This document shows, piece after piece, positions 12,201 through 32,892 of a DNA stretch of 44,445 bases (position 1 is the stretch's first letter; each line of letters opens with the position of its first letter). Position numbers and translations under genes: made by a program. Source of the DNA: Paraspadella gotoi (lineage: Eukaryota > Animalia > Chaetognatha); NCBI GenBank assembly GCA_051294375.1, contig CM119271.1, positions 8,525,969 through 8,570,413 on the forward strand, read 5' to 3'. A model generated the notes under the pieces. The model did not search any database. It was given only the letters and a program-made list of their open reading frames with translations, and was not told the origin of the DNA.

Positions 12201-13002
12201 TTTTTTTATATTTTGTTCAGTGTTCAATACCCGAATTGGGGATACACGAACTATTACTACGGATAGGATGTCATCCCGATCGTTCAAAAGTCTCAGGGAA
12301 CTGGATAAACGAATTACAGATGGAGGGAGGTTGTGGAACTATTTCCAATGCTCTTTTAAAATAATATATATATTTAAGGCGGAACGGGTTGAAAAACTGA
12401 AGGGGTCCGCTATAGTATATTTGTCCCATAAGTATGTAAAATAATTATTTCATCTTTTATCTAAATTTTTTAGCTCAATGAGTCAATCTGAATCTGTTTT
12501 AAAATTTATATAAAAATTTTTTAAACTATTTTTTATGCCTTAGTTTGTTCATACAATTTAAGTAAATTTAAACAATAAAAAATGGACATCAATTCAGTAA
12601 TAAAAAGACCAAACAATTTTTTTGCAGAATATTTTTCTATTGTAAAAGTTTTAAATTCTGGCCGCCTTAATATATATATTCTAAAGATTTAAGTTTGCCA
12701 TGGAAATCAATTGAAATAAATTTCAAAACCATCATAGATTGGTTACACACAAGTACAAATTAAATTATCTCTAATTTTTAGGTTTGGCAATTAGAGTTTA
12801 GACATAAAATAGTCTATTTAATAAAATAGCTATCTCGCCTTTGATTAAAAAGCGGCGACTCTTTGAAAACTTTCAAGACAATCGAGTCTAGACAGTCTGG
12901 TTTATGGAATTCCAGAGCACCTGGCTTACATATCAAACGTGGTTTCTTCATGAAGTTTAAATTCTATTGTACTTGCATAATATCTGTCCAGCGGCGGCGT
13001 AG
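9258..13002 (+). CDS. Small uncharacterised membrane protein with three hydrophobic segments (about 95 aa), 3 exons
   Basis: Exon 1 9258-9355 (MGGCEDQKCNKILAIVAFALSLFALVFLIALA, donor TT|gtgagt). Exon 2 11949-12127 (acceptor tgtcag|C completes TTC; VYWCPVLDLILVIIAFPCGLIAFIMALVKPDLNVAIFTLAIISICTSGIAIIVILLGFL, read cleanly in the copy at 23092-23270; this copy has a compensating -1/+1 indel pair). Putative exon 3 12992-13002 (tccag|CG GCG GCG TAG). Splice phases match and codons are C/G-ending as in the IF gene. Exon 3 is the least certain part. Confidence 0.7.
9405..9712 (+). mobile_element. Probable 5'-truncated SINE (duplicate at about 20542-20848)
   Basis: GC-rich island in an AT-rich intron with B-box-like GGTTCGAG near its 5' end, several short hairpins (ggcggt...accgcc, gaggg...ccctc, ccca...tggg) and a tail of 8-nt repeats (cacggatt cacagatt cacagatt). 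Confidence 0.45.
9773..9848 (-). ncRNA. Twister ribozyme-like motif (copy in first duplicated block)
   Basis: Same P3, P4 loop UCCGAAGC, GA-CGGG and outer stem; indel noise in the P2 region. Confidence 0.65.
10212..10286 (-). ncRNA. Twister ribozyme-like motif (copy in first duplicated block)
   Basis: Same P3, P4 loop UCCGAAGC, GA-CGGG and outer stem; indel noise around UAA/P2. Confidence 0.65.
10914..11197. mobile_element. MITE-like element with nested inverted repeats (duplicate about 22037-22317)
   Basis: tgaagagttgcag / ctgcaactcttca outer pair and perfect 25-bp aaaaatgtaatagagagacattttt / aaaaatgtctctctattacattttt inner pair. Confidence 0.5.
11701..11804. repeat. Near-perfect palindrome (about 52-bp arms) within degenerate TTAGGG-like repeats (duplicate 22838-22942)
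   Basis: cttaaccttaatcccaaaccctgatttttaatttttaaccttgtcccttagc-t-gctaagggacaagg...ggattaaggttaag; flanks 11610-11860 are degenerate ttaggg/ttaagg. Confidence 0.85.
12378..12666. mobile_element. Non-autonomous DNA transposon with TTAA target duplication and GG termini (Kolobok-like); duplicate 23522-23809
   Basis: TTAA|GGCGG...CCGCC|TTAA with imperfect about 20-bp TIRs (GGCGGaacgggTTgAAAAACT versus GGCGGccagaaTTtAAAACT) and an AT-rich interior. Confidence 0.55.
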
Positions 13003-13248
13003 ACGTCGGAGTCGTTTGGACGGCATTGGGGCGGGGTCCATTAGGGGTCCCGACGGACCCGGTCCCGTGGTCAAGAGTTAATTCTGCTTCTAGGAGGAGT
13101 GGTGCGTCTTGCACAGAAGGCGATGCCGGATCCTCATTGACGTTGAAACTTGATACAATTAGTGAAGAGTATTTGTTATTTGTTTTGTTTCGATTTTTTG
13201 AATTTCCTCTCGTTTTCCCTCGATTTTTAACTTCGGGTCTTCGTCACG

Positions 13249-13324
<76 letters not shown>

Positions 13325-14270
13325 CAAACCGGACTCTCGGCGTCCGGTTCCGCTGGGATTCCATCGCGTTAAAAAGTCTTGGAAATGTGTTTCCATTAAT
13401 TCGAGTCGAATCGATTCCTCCCGACAATTTCGTGGCGTCGGCGGCAAAACGAGAGGAGATCGCGGCTTCGAGGAGTCGAAGATTGTGGTCTTTGGGGGGG
13501 GGGATTGTGGACTTGAAAGTTTGTGGTCTGTTGGAGGTTTTGTGGTTCTGGACTTCTGGCAATTTTTGGACATTGGACAGGTCAATGGAGAAAACGTTGT
13601 TCGCGGCTTTGGGGGAACATGATTTAGGTTAGGGTATTAATATATACCAAAATCTTGGTCAAATGTAGCTCCTGTTAATTGTAGACTACTCTGTCAACTG
13701 ACTGTCAGTGTCTCGTTAGGAAAAAGCGAAAAAAAAAAACATGACAAAGTCTGGATTCTCTCTCTGTTTTTTTTTAAACATGATTACAGAACAAAATGTT
13801 CAATGTTTAGGATACCAAAACGACTGTTATTTCAATTGATTGTTTAATATTAGTGCATTGAGCGACAAATTAATTTAAACGAGTGATACAATCTCGGTTA
13901 GCGGCGGCCGACGACGACGACGAACGAAAATGAAAGAAAAAAATGAAGCAACAACCTTCTGATTCGAGAAATGGTAATGGCGCGATTAGATACAATTCAA
14001 AAATTGTTTACGTTGGATAATATGTTGTCAATTTAAAAAAAAACAAAAGTCTCATTTGAAATACGACTTTGTGAAGCTCCCGTAAAAAAAAATCTTTGTC
14101 ACATGGGACATTTCTGAAAACGGAATTGTAAGACTCGGAACGTTTTGTTTGTTTGTTTTGTTTGTTTTTTTTTGGTCGATCACTTTGCGTGTTTTGAAAA
14201 GCGTTAACGTGTTACATTTAATTCGTACAATAAGCCCCGAGATAAAAATAAAAACAAACAATAAACTCTT

Positions 14271-14364
<94 letters not shown>

Positions 14365-14845
14365 ATATGGAAAAAAGAAATAAAATGAAAGAAATCCCAC
14401 TGGCCTCTTTCCCTTGATTGCATGCTGGTTAAAATCGCTTCACGGGCGATTTGTCTCTCACCTTTTGGTTATACTGAAAACATCATGCCGGTTTTCTTTT
14501 TTTTAAGAATTCGTTTCATTTCTAAGAATTGAAGGAAAATGAGATTTGGCTCGCTTTCGCGTGCAGAGAAATCAATTAAGGGCCGAAAATAAAGCGCACG
14601 AATTAGCCTAAAGAGCCGAGTACTATTACTATTTTTTTTTTCTTGGATGCAGCAAAGCAAAACCACTTAAATGCAATGCTTTTTTAGTATTGTTCTAGTC
14701 AAGTCTTTGACCTAGTAATTAGTAGCAAGAGCTCCATCCCGACCGCTCTCCTACCCGGTATAAACTCCGACCATTCCACTCCGACCACTTTTTTTCCACT
14801 CCGACCACTTTTTTTCCACTCCCGACCACTTTTTTTCCACCCCGA

Positions 14846-19009
<4,164 letters not shown>

Positions 19010-20392
19010 CTGGAAGGAGTTGTCGAAAAAGTGAGATTGATGGATTGATCGAAAATCAACGAAAAATTGAATATTAATATAATTTCAAAAAAGAGTTAAT
19101 AATGACTTGTTGGCAGCTGGAAAATATAAAATGGACAATCATTGAGGGTCGATGAGAGGTGGCCATAATTGCGTATAAATGGTTACTTCCTGAGGGTGTT
19201 AATGGACGCCCACAATTTTAAATGCAGCCAATTTCAAGCATTTTCTCACTATCACACTTAAGGGAGGGGTCTTTTCATACAATGAATCATTCTTTGAAAC
19301 ATTATACCACTTCATTGTTAGGGAAGCCAGGAACTCTGGGATGAATAAAAAAGACTGTGAGAGAGTCTTGCTTGAAAGCTTGCAGGGACATGCTATGTCA
19401 TTATCTTGTAAAAGTGTTGGAAGCCTTAAACCACCAAAGCCTGTCCAAAGTCAAGGGCAAGATAGCTTATTTATTGAATGAATGGATAATTGTTAATTGG
19501 TTGTACCAATTTCATATGATNNNNNNNNNNNNNNNNNNNNNNNNNGATGGAGGCCTTAAACCACCAAAGCCTGTCCAAAGTTAGCTTATTTTTTTAATGA
19601 ATGTACTATTATTTTTATTGTACCAATTTCATTTATATTCGTTATTGCAAAAGGAATACCAACATTAGTAACGTAAATGCCTTTGTAATTCGTCTTTAAG
19701 TTAATATAATTGGTAAAACGAAAATAAAAGTAAATAAGCTTACTAGCCCCTTCATTATGACAATGGACATACATTGCCTCCGTCCTTCCAACAATATTTA
19801 GCGTCAACGCAATAAAGAGCTCTACTTATTCAATATTTAGTTAAGATTCATCTCGTAATACCCTAATCGGCCTTATTTGCCTTAAGAAAAAGGGTCATTC
19901 AATTCAACTTCAAATTAGGCCAAAATGGAGTACAAATTCAGAAAGCTGAGCTCTTCTTCGATGTGAATTTCGATAAAAATCAATTTAATCTGTTTAAACT
20001 AGTAAGATAATCTTCGTCACTTAACAAAAGCTTTCTCTTTCTTTTTTACTCTTCTCGAAGCGACAGAGCCGTATATAATTGAATATATATTATATAATAT
20101 AATATATTATATATAATTGAATATTTCCCGTCTTCAACGAGAGTTTACTTTAGGTCCGTATCTAGTACTTTTAGCAATAGGCTAAGATAGGTAAATCAAC
20201 GAAAGAAAAAAAAGGAAATAGAAAAACCGGATAATTTAACGAAGGTAAAAGAAGAAAAAAAACTAGAAATACCGAGAAGTGAAGCGACCTACCATTTAGG
20301 ATTTTTCTCACGGACTTACCCGATCAATAAAAGAAAATCCCGATGGTAAGTCGTTTCAGAATATGAAAAAAGGATAACGACGACGACAAAAG

Positions 20393-23300
20393 ATGGGGAT
20401 GCGAGGATCAAAAATGCAACCAAGATTCTGGGCTATCGTCGCGTTTGGCTTTGAGTCTTTTCGCCTTGGTCTTCCTCATTGCGGCTCGCCTTGTGAGTTG
20501 AAGTTGAAGAGTTAAACACCCAATACCCGAAATATAATCTTATGTCGCTGGTTCGAGAGTTGAATTTCCCCCGGCTTGAAAATTATTTTAAGGGGTGTGG
20601 CGGTATATTCACACCGCCTCATGTCCACCGTCGTTCTGCCAAAACAATTGGCTCAGAGGGGGAACACACCCTCCGGCCGTTGTGTTCCATCCACAACCCT
20701 AACGTCCTTACTTCTGCGTTGGCAAAGCGGACCGTCTTAGGCAATCGTGCCAGTGGTTGCATGCGTCACTGAGGGTCGAGAATCCCCCGAAGCACCAGTG
20801 AGATCCCCATTCGCAATGGGCGTCACGGATTCACAGATTCACAGATTCCTTGTTCTGAAGAGACAGTAATTATTATTATGTGTTAGTGACAGAAACCGTT
20901 CAATATAAGCAGTCCCTGAGCTTCGGATCAGGCTGTAACACCATGTTACAGGCGGTGTTAAGCGCCCCGTCCCTCTTAACTGCCAGACGACCACCGGGCT
21001 AGAACCCCGGACCTTTGGGTTGGGAGGCGAATGACTTGCCTCCCGGCACCAATGGCCGCTGATGAACGGTTGGTGGATTTTAGTCCACCATACATCCCCC
21101 CCTCCCGTAGGGAGAAATCTGTTGCGTCTCTTCAGTGAATTGTTGTTGTTGGTGGAAAGTTCGTCACCAAGTTGAGGCATGTCGCCTGATGTGTTGTGGG
21201 CGGAAAGTGCATCGCCAGGTTGAGGCATGTCGCCTGAGAGTGTTGTTGTTGCTGTTGTGTTCGGAAGTCGGGCTACCACAATGAAGAGACAGTAATTATT
21301 ATTATGTGTTAGTGACAGAACCGTTCAAATATAGCAGTCCCTGAGCTTCGGATCAGGCTGTAACACCATGTTACAGGCGGGTTAAGCGCCCCGTCCCTCT
21401 TAACTGCCAGACGACCACCGGGCTAGAACCCCGGACCTTTGGGTTGGGAGGGCGAATGACTTGCCTCCGGCACCAATGGCCGCTGATGAACGGTTGTGGA
21501 TTTTAGTCCACCATAGTTCTCATATCTTGTAAGAGTGATGGAGGCCTTAAACCACAAAGCCTGTCCAAAGTTAGCTTATTTTTTTAATGAATGTACTATA
21601 TTTTTATTGTACCAATTTCATTTATATTCGTTATTGCAAAAGGAATACCAACATTAGTAACGTAAATGCCTTTGTAATTCGTCTTTAAGTTAATATAATG
21701 GTAAAAACGAAAATAAAAGTAAATAAGCTTACTAGCCCCTTCATTATGACAATGGACATACATTGCCTCCGTCCTTCCAACAATATTTAGCGTCAACGCA
21801 ATAAAGAGCTCTACTTATTCAATATTTAGTTAAGATTCATTCGTAATACCTAATCGGCCTTATTTGCCTTAAGAAAAAGGGTCATTCAATTCAACTTCAA
21901 ATTAGGCCAAAAGTGAGTACAAATTCAGAAAGCTGAGCTCCTGGCGATTCTGAAAATGTATTCACTTTAAACATTTTGATGCATTCTACCCTATTTTATA
22001 TCGGTTTTAATTATAATATAAAATAAAAGAAACCTATCTGAAGAGTTGCAGGTCAAACGAAAAAGGCCAATCCATCTGATATTTTTTATGAATTTTTTAT
22101 TACTGAATTAGAAAAATGTAATAGAGAGACATTTTTAAATTTCAACTTGTATCCTTGAAAATGAAACGTTTTTAAACTTTAACCCTGAATTCTTTCTAAC
22201 TGGAACGCGTTTATCAAAATGTCTCTCTATTACATTTTTACAAATGTTTTTTAAGATTGCCTAATCAAATTTTTAATTCAATATTATTGCAGTCGTTTAG
22301 GCTGCAACTCTTCAAATTCAGTGTAGATTCATTGTAGCTCGAATTTCTTTACCATCTATTTAACTGAAGATTTTGTTCATGACTGGAAAACCAACAGAGT
22401 AACAAGATTAATTGTTTAATTCTCCCCTTCTAAACTAACCATACCGGTTTTAACTTCTTACCTAGAATTTTTTAACAAACAGATTGAAAAACAAATCTTT
22501 AAAAAATGTGCTTACCCATTTAACTTAACAATTTTGTTATTAACCGATTTCAAAAAAAATATTTAAAACACAATGTTGACATATAAATAAAATCTTTTTT
22601 TTGGTGATTACTGGTGATTACGATGTATTTCTCGATGTTTTAGCTCTAATACATCAATGNNNNNNNNNNNNNNNNNNNNNNNNNATTACGTATTGTTATG
22701 CTGAATGACCTTTCCTCTTAAACGCCCCATTTTAAAGATTAGATTAAATATTAGGGTAAGGGTATTTAGGTTAAGGAGTAGGTTAGCGATTAAGGTTCGC
22801 AATTAGGGTTGGGGATTAAAGACAAGGTTATAGCTAACTTAACCTTAATCCCAAACCCTGATTTTTAATTTTTAACCTTGTCCCTTAGCTGCTAAGGGAC
22901 AAGGTTAAAAATTAAAAATCAGGGTTTGGGATTAAGGTTAAGAATTGGGTTCTAAGTTTAAAAATTTATTTATATTAAACGTTAAGGTTAAAATTTGGGG
23001 ATAAAGGAAACATAAATGGGGGGGGGGCTCTGGGAAAAGAGAACCCACTAATCTAGCATTTAAAAAAAAAAGCCAAACCCACCTCTGTCAGCGTGTACTG
23101 GTGTCCGGTTTTGGATCTAATCCTCGTTATCATCGCGTTCCCGTGCGGCCTGATCGCCTTCATCATGGCCCTGGTCAAACCGGATCTGAACGTTGCCATC
23201 TTCACTCTCGCCATCATCAGCATCTGTACCAGTGGCATCGCCATCATTGTGATACTTCTCGGTTTCTTACGTGAGAACCAAAAAAAAAAAAAAAAAATGA

Positions 23301-24145
23301 GTTGGGGGGGGGAAGATTGAAAAGAAAATCTATGTCCTATCTGTTTTTTTATATTTTGTTCAGTGTTCAATACCCCGAATTGGGGATACACGAACTATTA
23401 CTACGGATAGGATGTCATCCCGATCGTTCAAAAAGTCTCAGGGAACTGGATAAACGAATTACAGATGGAGGGAGGTTGTGGGAACTATTTCCAATGCTCT
23501 TTTAAAATATATATATATTAAGGCGGAACGGGTTGAAAACTGGAAGGGGTCCGCTATATATATTTGTCCCATAAGTATGTAAAATAATTATTTCATCTTT
23601 TATCTAAATTTTTTAGCTCAATGAGTCAATCTGAATCTGTTTTTAAAATTTATATAAAATTTTTTAAACTATTTTTTATGCCTTAGTTTGTTCATACAAT
23701 TAAGTAAATTTAAACAATAAAAATGGACATCAATTCAGTAATAAAAAGACCAAACAATTTTTTTGCAGAATATTTTTCTATTGTAAAAAGTTTTAAATTC
23801 TGGCCCGCCTTAATATATATATTTCTAAAGATTTTAAGTTTGCCATGGAAATCAATTGAAATAAATTCAAAACCATCATAGATTGGTTACAACAAAGTAC
23901 AAATTAAATATCTCTAATTTTTAGGTTTGGCAATTAGAGTTTAGACATAAAATAGTCTATTTAATAAAATAGGCTATCTCGCCTTTGATTAAAAAGCGGG
24001 ACTCTTTGAAAACTTTCAAGACAATCGAGTCTAGACAGTCTGGTTTATGGAATTCCAGAGCACCTGGCTTACATATCAAACGTGGTTTCTTCATGAAGTT
24101 TAAATTCTATTGTACTTGCATAATATCTGTCCAGCGGCGGCGTAG
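20393..24145 (+). CDS. Duplicate copy of the small membrane-protein gene
   Basis: Exon 1 20393-20492 has several homopolymer indels, exon 2 23092-23270 is intact, exon 3 is 24135-24145. Part of the 10.7-kb duplicated block. Confidence 0.6.
20909..20983 (-). ncRNA. Twister ribozyme-like motif (second tandem copy)
   Basis: Same elements as 21334-21407; P2 strand reads CACC; predicted cut between 20960 and 20959. Confidence 0.7.
20987..21059 (-). other. tRNA-like (Pol III promoter-like) module directly 5' of the twister motif; also at 21411-21483, 9852-9930 and 10290-10357
   Basis: 73 nt closed by acceptor-like stem GCGGCCA/UGGUCGU, with A-box-like TGGTGCCGGGAGG and T-arm CCGGG-GUUCUAG-CCCGG containing B-box-like GGTTCTAGCCC. 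The anticodon arm does not pair well, so this is not called as a functional tRNA. Confidence 0.5.
21334..21407 (-). ncRNA. Twister ribozyme-like motif, circularly permuted (P5-type)
   Basis: Minus strand reads GCAGUU AA GAGG GA CGGG GCGC U|UAA CCC GC CUGUAAC AUGGU GUUACAG CCUGA UCCGAAGC UCAGG GACUGC (the bar only separates P1 from UAA). Outer stem GCAGUU/GACUGC; P3 CUGUAAC/GUUACAG; P4 CCUGA/UCAGG closing loop UCCGAAGC (twister consensus UCNNAAGC); pseudoknot UCCG/CGGG preceded by the conserved GA; GC/GC second pseudoknot; UAA at the cleavage site (predicted cut between 21384 and 21383). P1 and P2 are short or imperfect. Confidence 0.72.
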
Positions 24146-24389
24146 ACGTCGGAGTCGTTTGACGGCATTGGGGGCGGGGGTCCATTAGGGGTCCCGACGG
24201 ACCCGGTCCCGTGGTCAAGAGTTAATTCTGCTTCTAGGAGGAGTGGTGCGTCTTGCACAGAAGGCGATGCCGGATCCTCATTGACGTTGAAACTTGATAC
24301 AATTAGTGAAGAGTATTTGTTATTTGTTTTGTTTCGATTTTTGAATTTCCTCTCGTTTTCCCTCGATTTTTAACTTCGGGTCTTCGTCA

Positions 24390-24448
<59 letters not shown>

Positions 24449-25392
24449 CAAACCGGACTCTCGCGTCCGGTTCCGCGCGGATTCCATCGCGTTAAAAGTC
24501 TTGGAAATGTGTTTCCATTAATTCGAGTCGAATCGATTCCTCCCGACAATTTCGTGGCGTCGGCGGCAAAACGAGAGGAGATCCCGCGGCTTCGAGGAGG
24601 TCGAAGATTGTGGTCTTTGGGGGGGGGGATTGTGGACTTGAAAGTTTGTGGTCTGTTGGAGGGTTTGTGGTTCTGGACTTCTGGCAATTTTGGACATTGG
24701 ACAGGTCAATGGAGAAAACGTTGTTCGCGCTTTGGGGGAACATGATTTAGGTTAGGGTATTAATATATACCAAAATCTTGGTCAAATGTTAGCTCCTGTT
24801 AATTGTAGACTACTCTGTCACTGACTGTCAGTGTCTCGTTAGGAAAAGCGAAAAAAAAAAAAACATGACAAAGTCTGGATTCTCTCTCTGTTTTTTTTTA
24901 AACATGATTACAGAACAAAATGTTCAATGTTTAGGATACAAAACGACTGTTATTTCAATTGATTGTTTAATATTAGTGCATTGAGCGACAAATTAATTTA
25001 AACGAGTGATACAATCTCGGTTAGCGGCGGCGACGACGACGACGACGAAAATGAAAGAAAAAAATGAAGCAACAACCTTCTGATTCGAGAAATGGTAATG
25101 GCGCGATTAGATACAATTCAAAAATTGTTTACGTTGGATAATATGTTGTCAATTTAAAAAAAAACAAAAGTCTCATTTGAAATACGACTTTGTGAAGCTC
25201 CCGTAAAAAAAAAAATCTTTGTCACATGGGACATTTCTGAAAACGGAATTGTAAGACTCGGAACGTTTTGTTTTGTTTTGTTTTGTTTTTTTTTTGGTCG
25301 ATCACTTTGCGTGTTTTGAAAGCGTGTAACGTGTTACATTTAATTCGTACAATAAAGCCCCGAGATAAAAATAAAACAAACAATAAACTCTT

Positions 25393-25513
<121 letters not shown>

Positions 25514-25924
25514 ATATGGAAAAAAGAAATAAAATGATAAGAAATCCCACTGGCCTCTTTCCCCTTGATTGCATGCTGGTTAAAATCGCTTCACGGGCGA
25601 TTTGTTCTCTCACCTTTTGGTTATACTGAAAACATCATGCGGTTTTCTTTTTTTTAAGAATTCGTTTCATTTCTAAGAAATTGAAGGAAAATGAGATTTG
25701 GCTCGCTTTCGCGTGCAGAGAAATCAATTAAGGGGCCGAAAATAAAGCGCACGAAATTAGCCTAAAGAGCCGAGTACTATTACTATTTTTTTTTTCTTGG
25801 ATGCAGCAAGCAAAACCACTTAAATGCAATGCTTTTTTAGTATTGTTCTAGTCAAGTCTTTGACCTAGTAATTAGTAAGCAAGAGCTCCATCCCGACCGC
25901 TCTCTACCCGGTATAAACTCCGAC

Positions 25925-25997
25925 CATTCCACTCCGACCACTTTTTTTCCACTCCGACCACTTTTTTTCCACTCCGACCACTTTTTTTCCACCCCGA

Positions 25998-26002
<5 letters not shown>
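25925..26002. repeat. About 21-bp minisatellite at the start of the IF 3' UTR (duplicate 14773-14850)
   Basis: (ttccactccgaccacttttt)x about 3.5, overlapping the stop codon. Confidence 0.85.
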
Positions 26003-32200
<6,198 letters not shown>

Positions 32201-32783
32201 TCACCTTTCGCAGTCTTTTGTTCTCCCGAATCAATATCAAGATAGAGAGATAGGAGAAATAGTGAGTCTGAAAAAATAAAATTGCGAGATGCCGAATCGA
32301 GAGCGAGACCGAGAGTCAAATGGAGAGGGAGTCGCCGATCGAAATGTCTGTCAATCGACTTCTCGGGGACCAGAGGTTTATTTTTTTCCGGGTGGTGGCG
32401 GTAGTTGGGGGTGGGAGAAGGGAGGTGGGCAGGGGTCCTTTTTTTTCGGTCACGAGTCAAAGACCGACGAATCACGAGAGATCACGTGACCTTCACATCC
32501 GCGTCGCCACCCGAGACGTCGTCGTCTTCGTCGTCGTCGTCGTCGTCGTGGGCATCATCGTCTTCGGCATAGTGGTCGTTCGTCCGCTACCCCAGCCAAT
32601 TTCCTCGGGACTCCCAGGGGGTTCGATTTTTGGGTCGGTTCGACTGTTGCAGATGGGCGTGGCAGCGTTGGCATTGTTGTCGTCGTCGTTGTCGCCACAA
32701 AGATAAGGACTCTTTGCTCTGACTAAATGATTGCCATTAAAATATGGGAAGGTGGGGAAAGGTCGATTTATTTCGGAAACTTA

Positions 32784-32789
<6 letters not shown>

Positions 32790-32871
<82 letters not shown>

Positions 32872-32892
32872 TTTTTATTTCTTTCTTTCTTT
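32790..32892. repeat. (CTTT)n microsatellite upstream of the IF gene
   Basis: Directly visible. Confidence 0.95.

Larger units (their letters stand above)
20857..21515 (-). mobile_element. Duplicate of the ribozyme-containing tandem repeat (unit about 424 nt; cleaner sequence)
   Basis: Same architecture as 9720-10389; repeats start at about 20857 and about 21283. Confidence 0.7.

Noticed and set aside
20850-20905. Plus-strand hammerhead from CTGAAGA...GAAACCGTT with a long stem III
   Set aside because: The segment between CUGAAGA and GAAA does not form stem II, stem I is absent, and the second tandem copy reads ATGAAGA.
20987-21059. Functional tRNA gene
   Set aside because: D and anticodon arms pair poorly and it is embedded in a repeat unit; treated as tRNA-like only.
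21055-21135. Plus-strand hammerhead from CTGATGA at about 21059 and a downstream GAAA
   Set aside because: Stem II does not close next to GAAA, and there is no compatible stem III/NUH or stem I.
32476-32720. GC-rich minus-strand open frames upstream of the IF gene
   Set aside because: Low-complexity (GAC)n with no consistent splice donor or homology; more likely promoter or 5' UTR.
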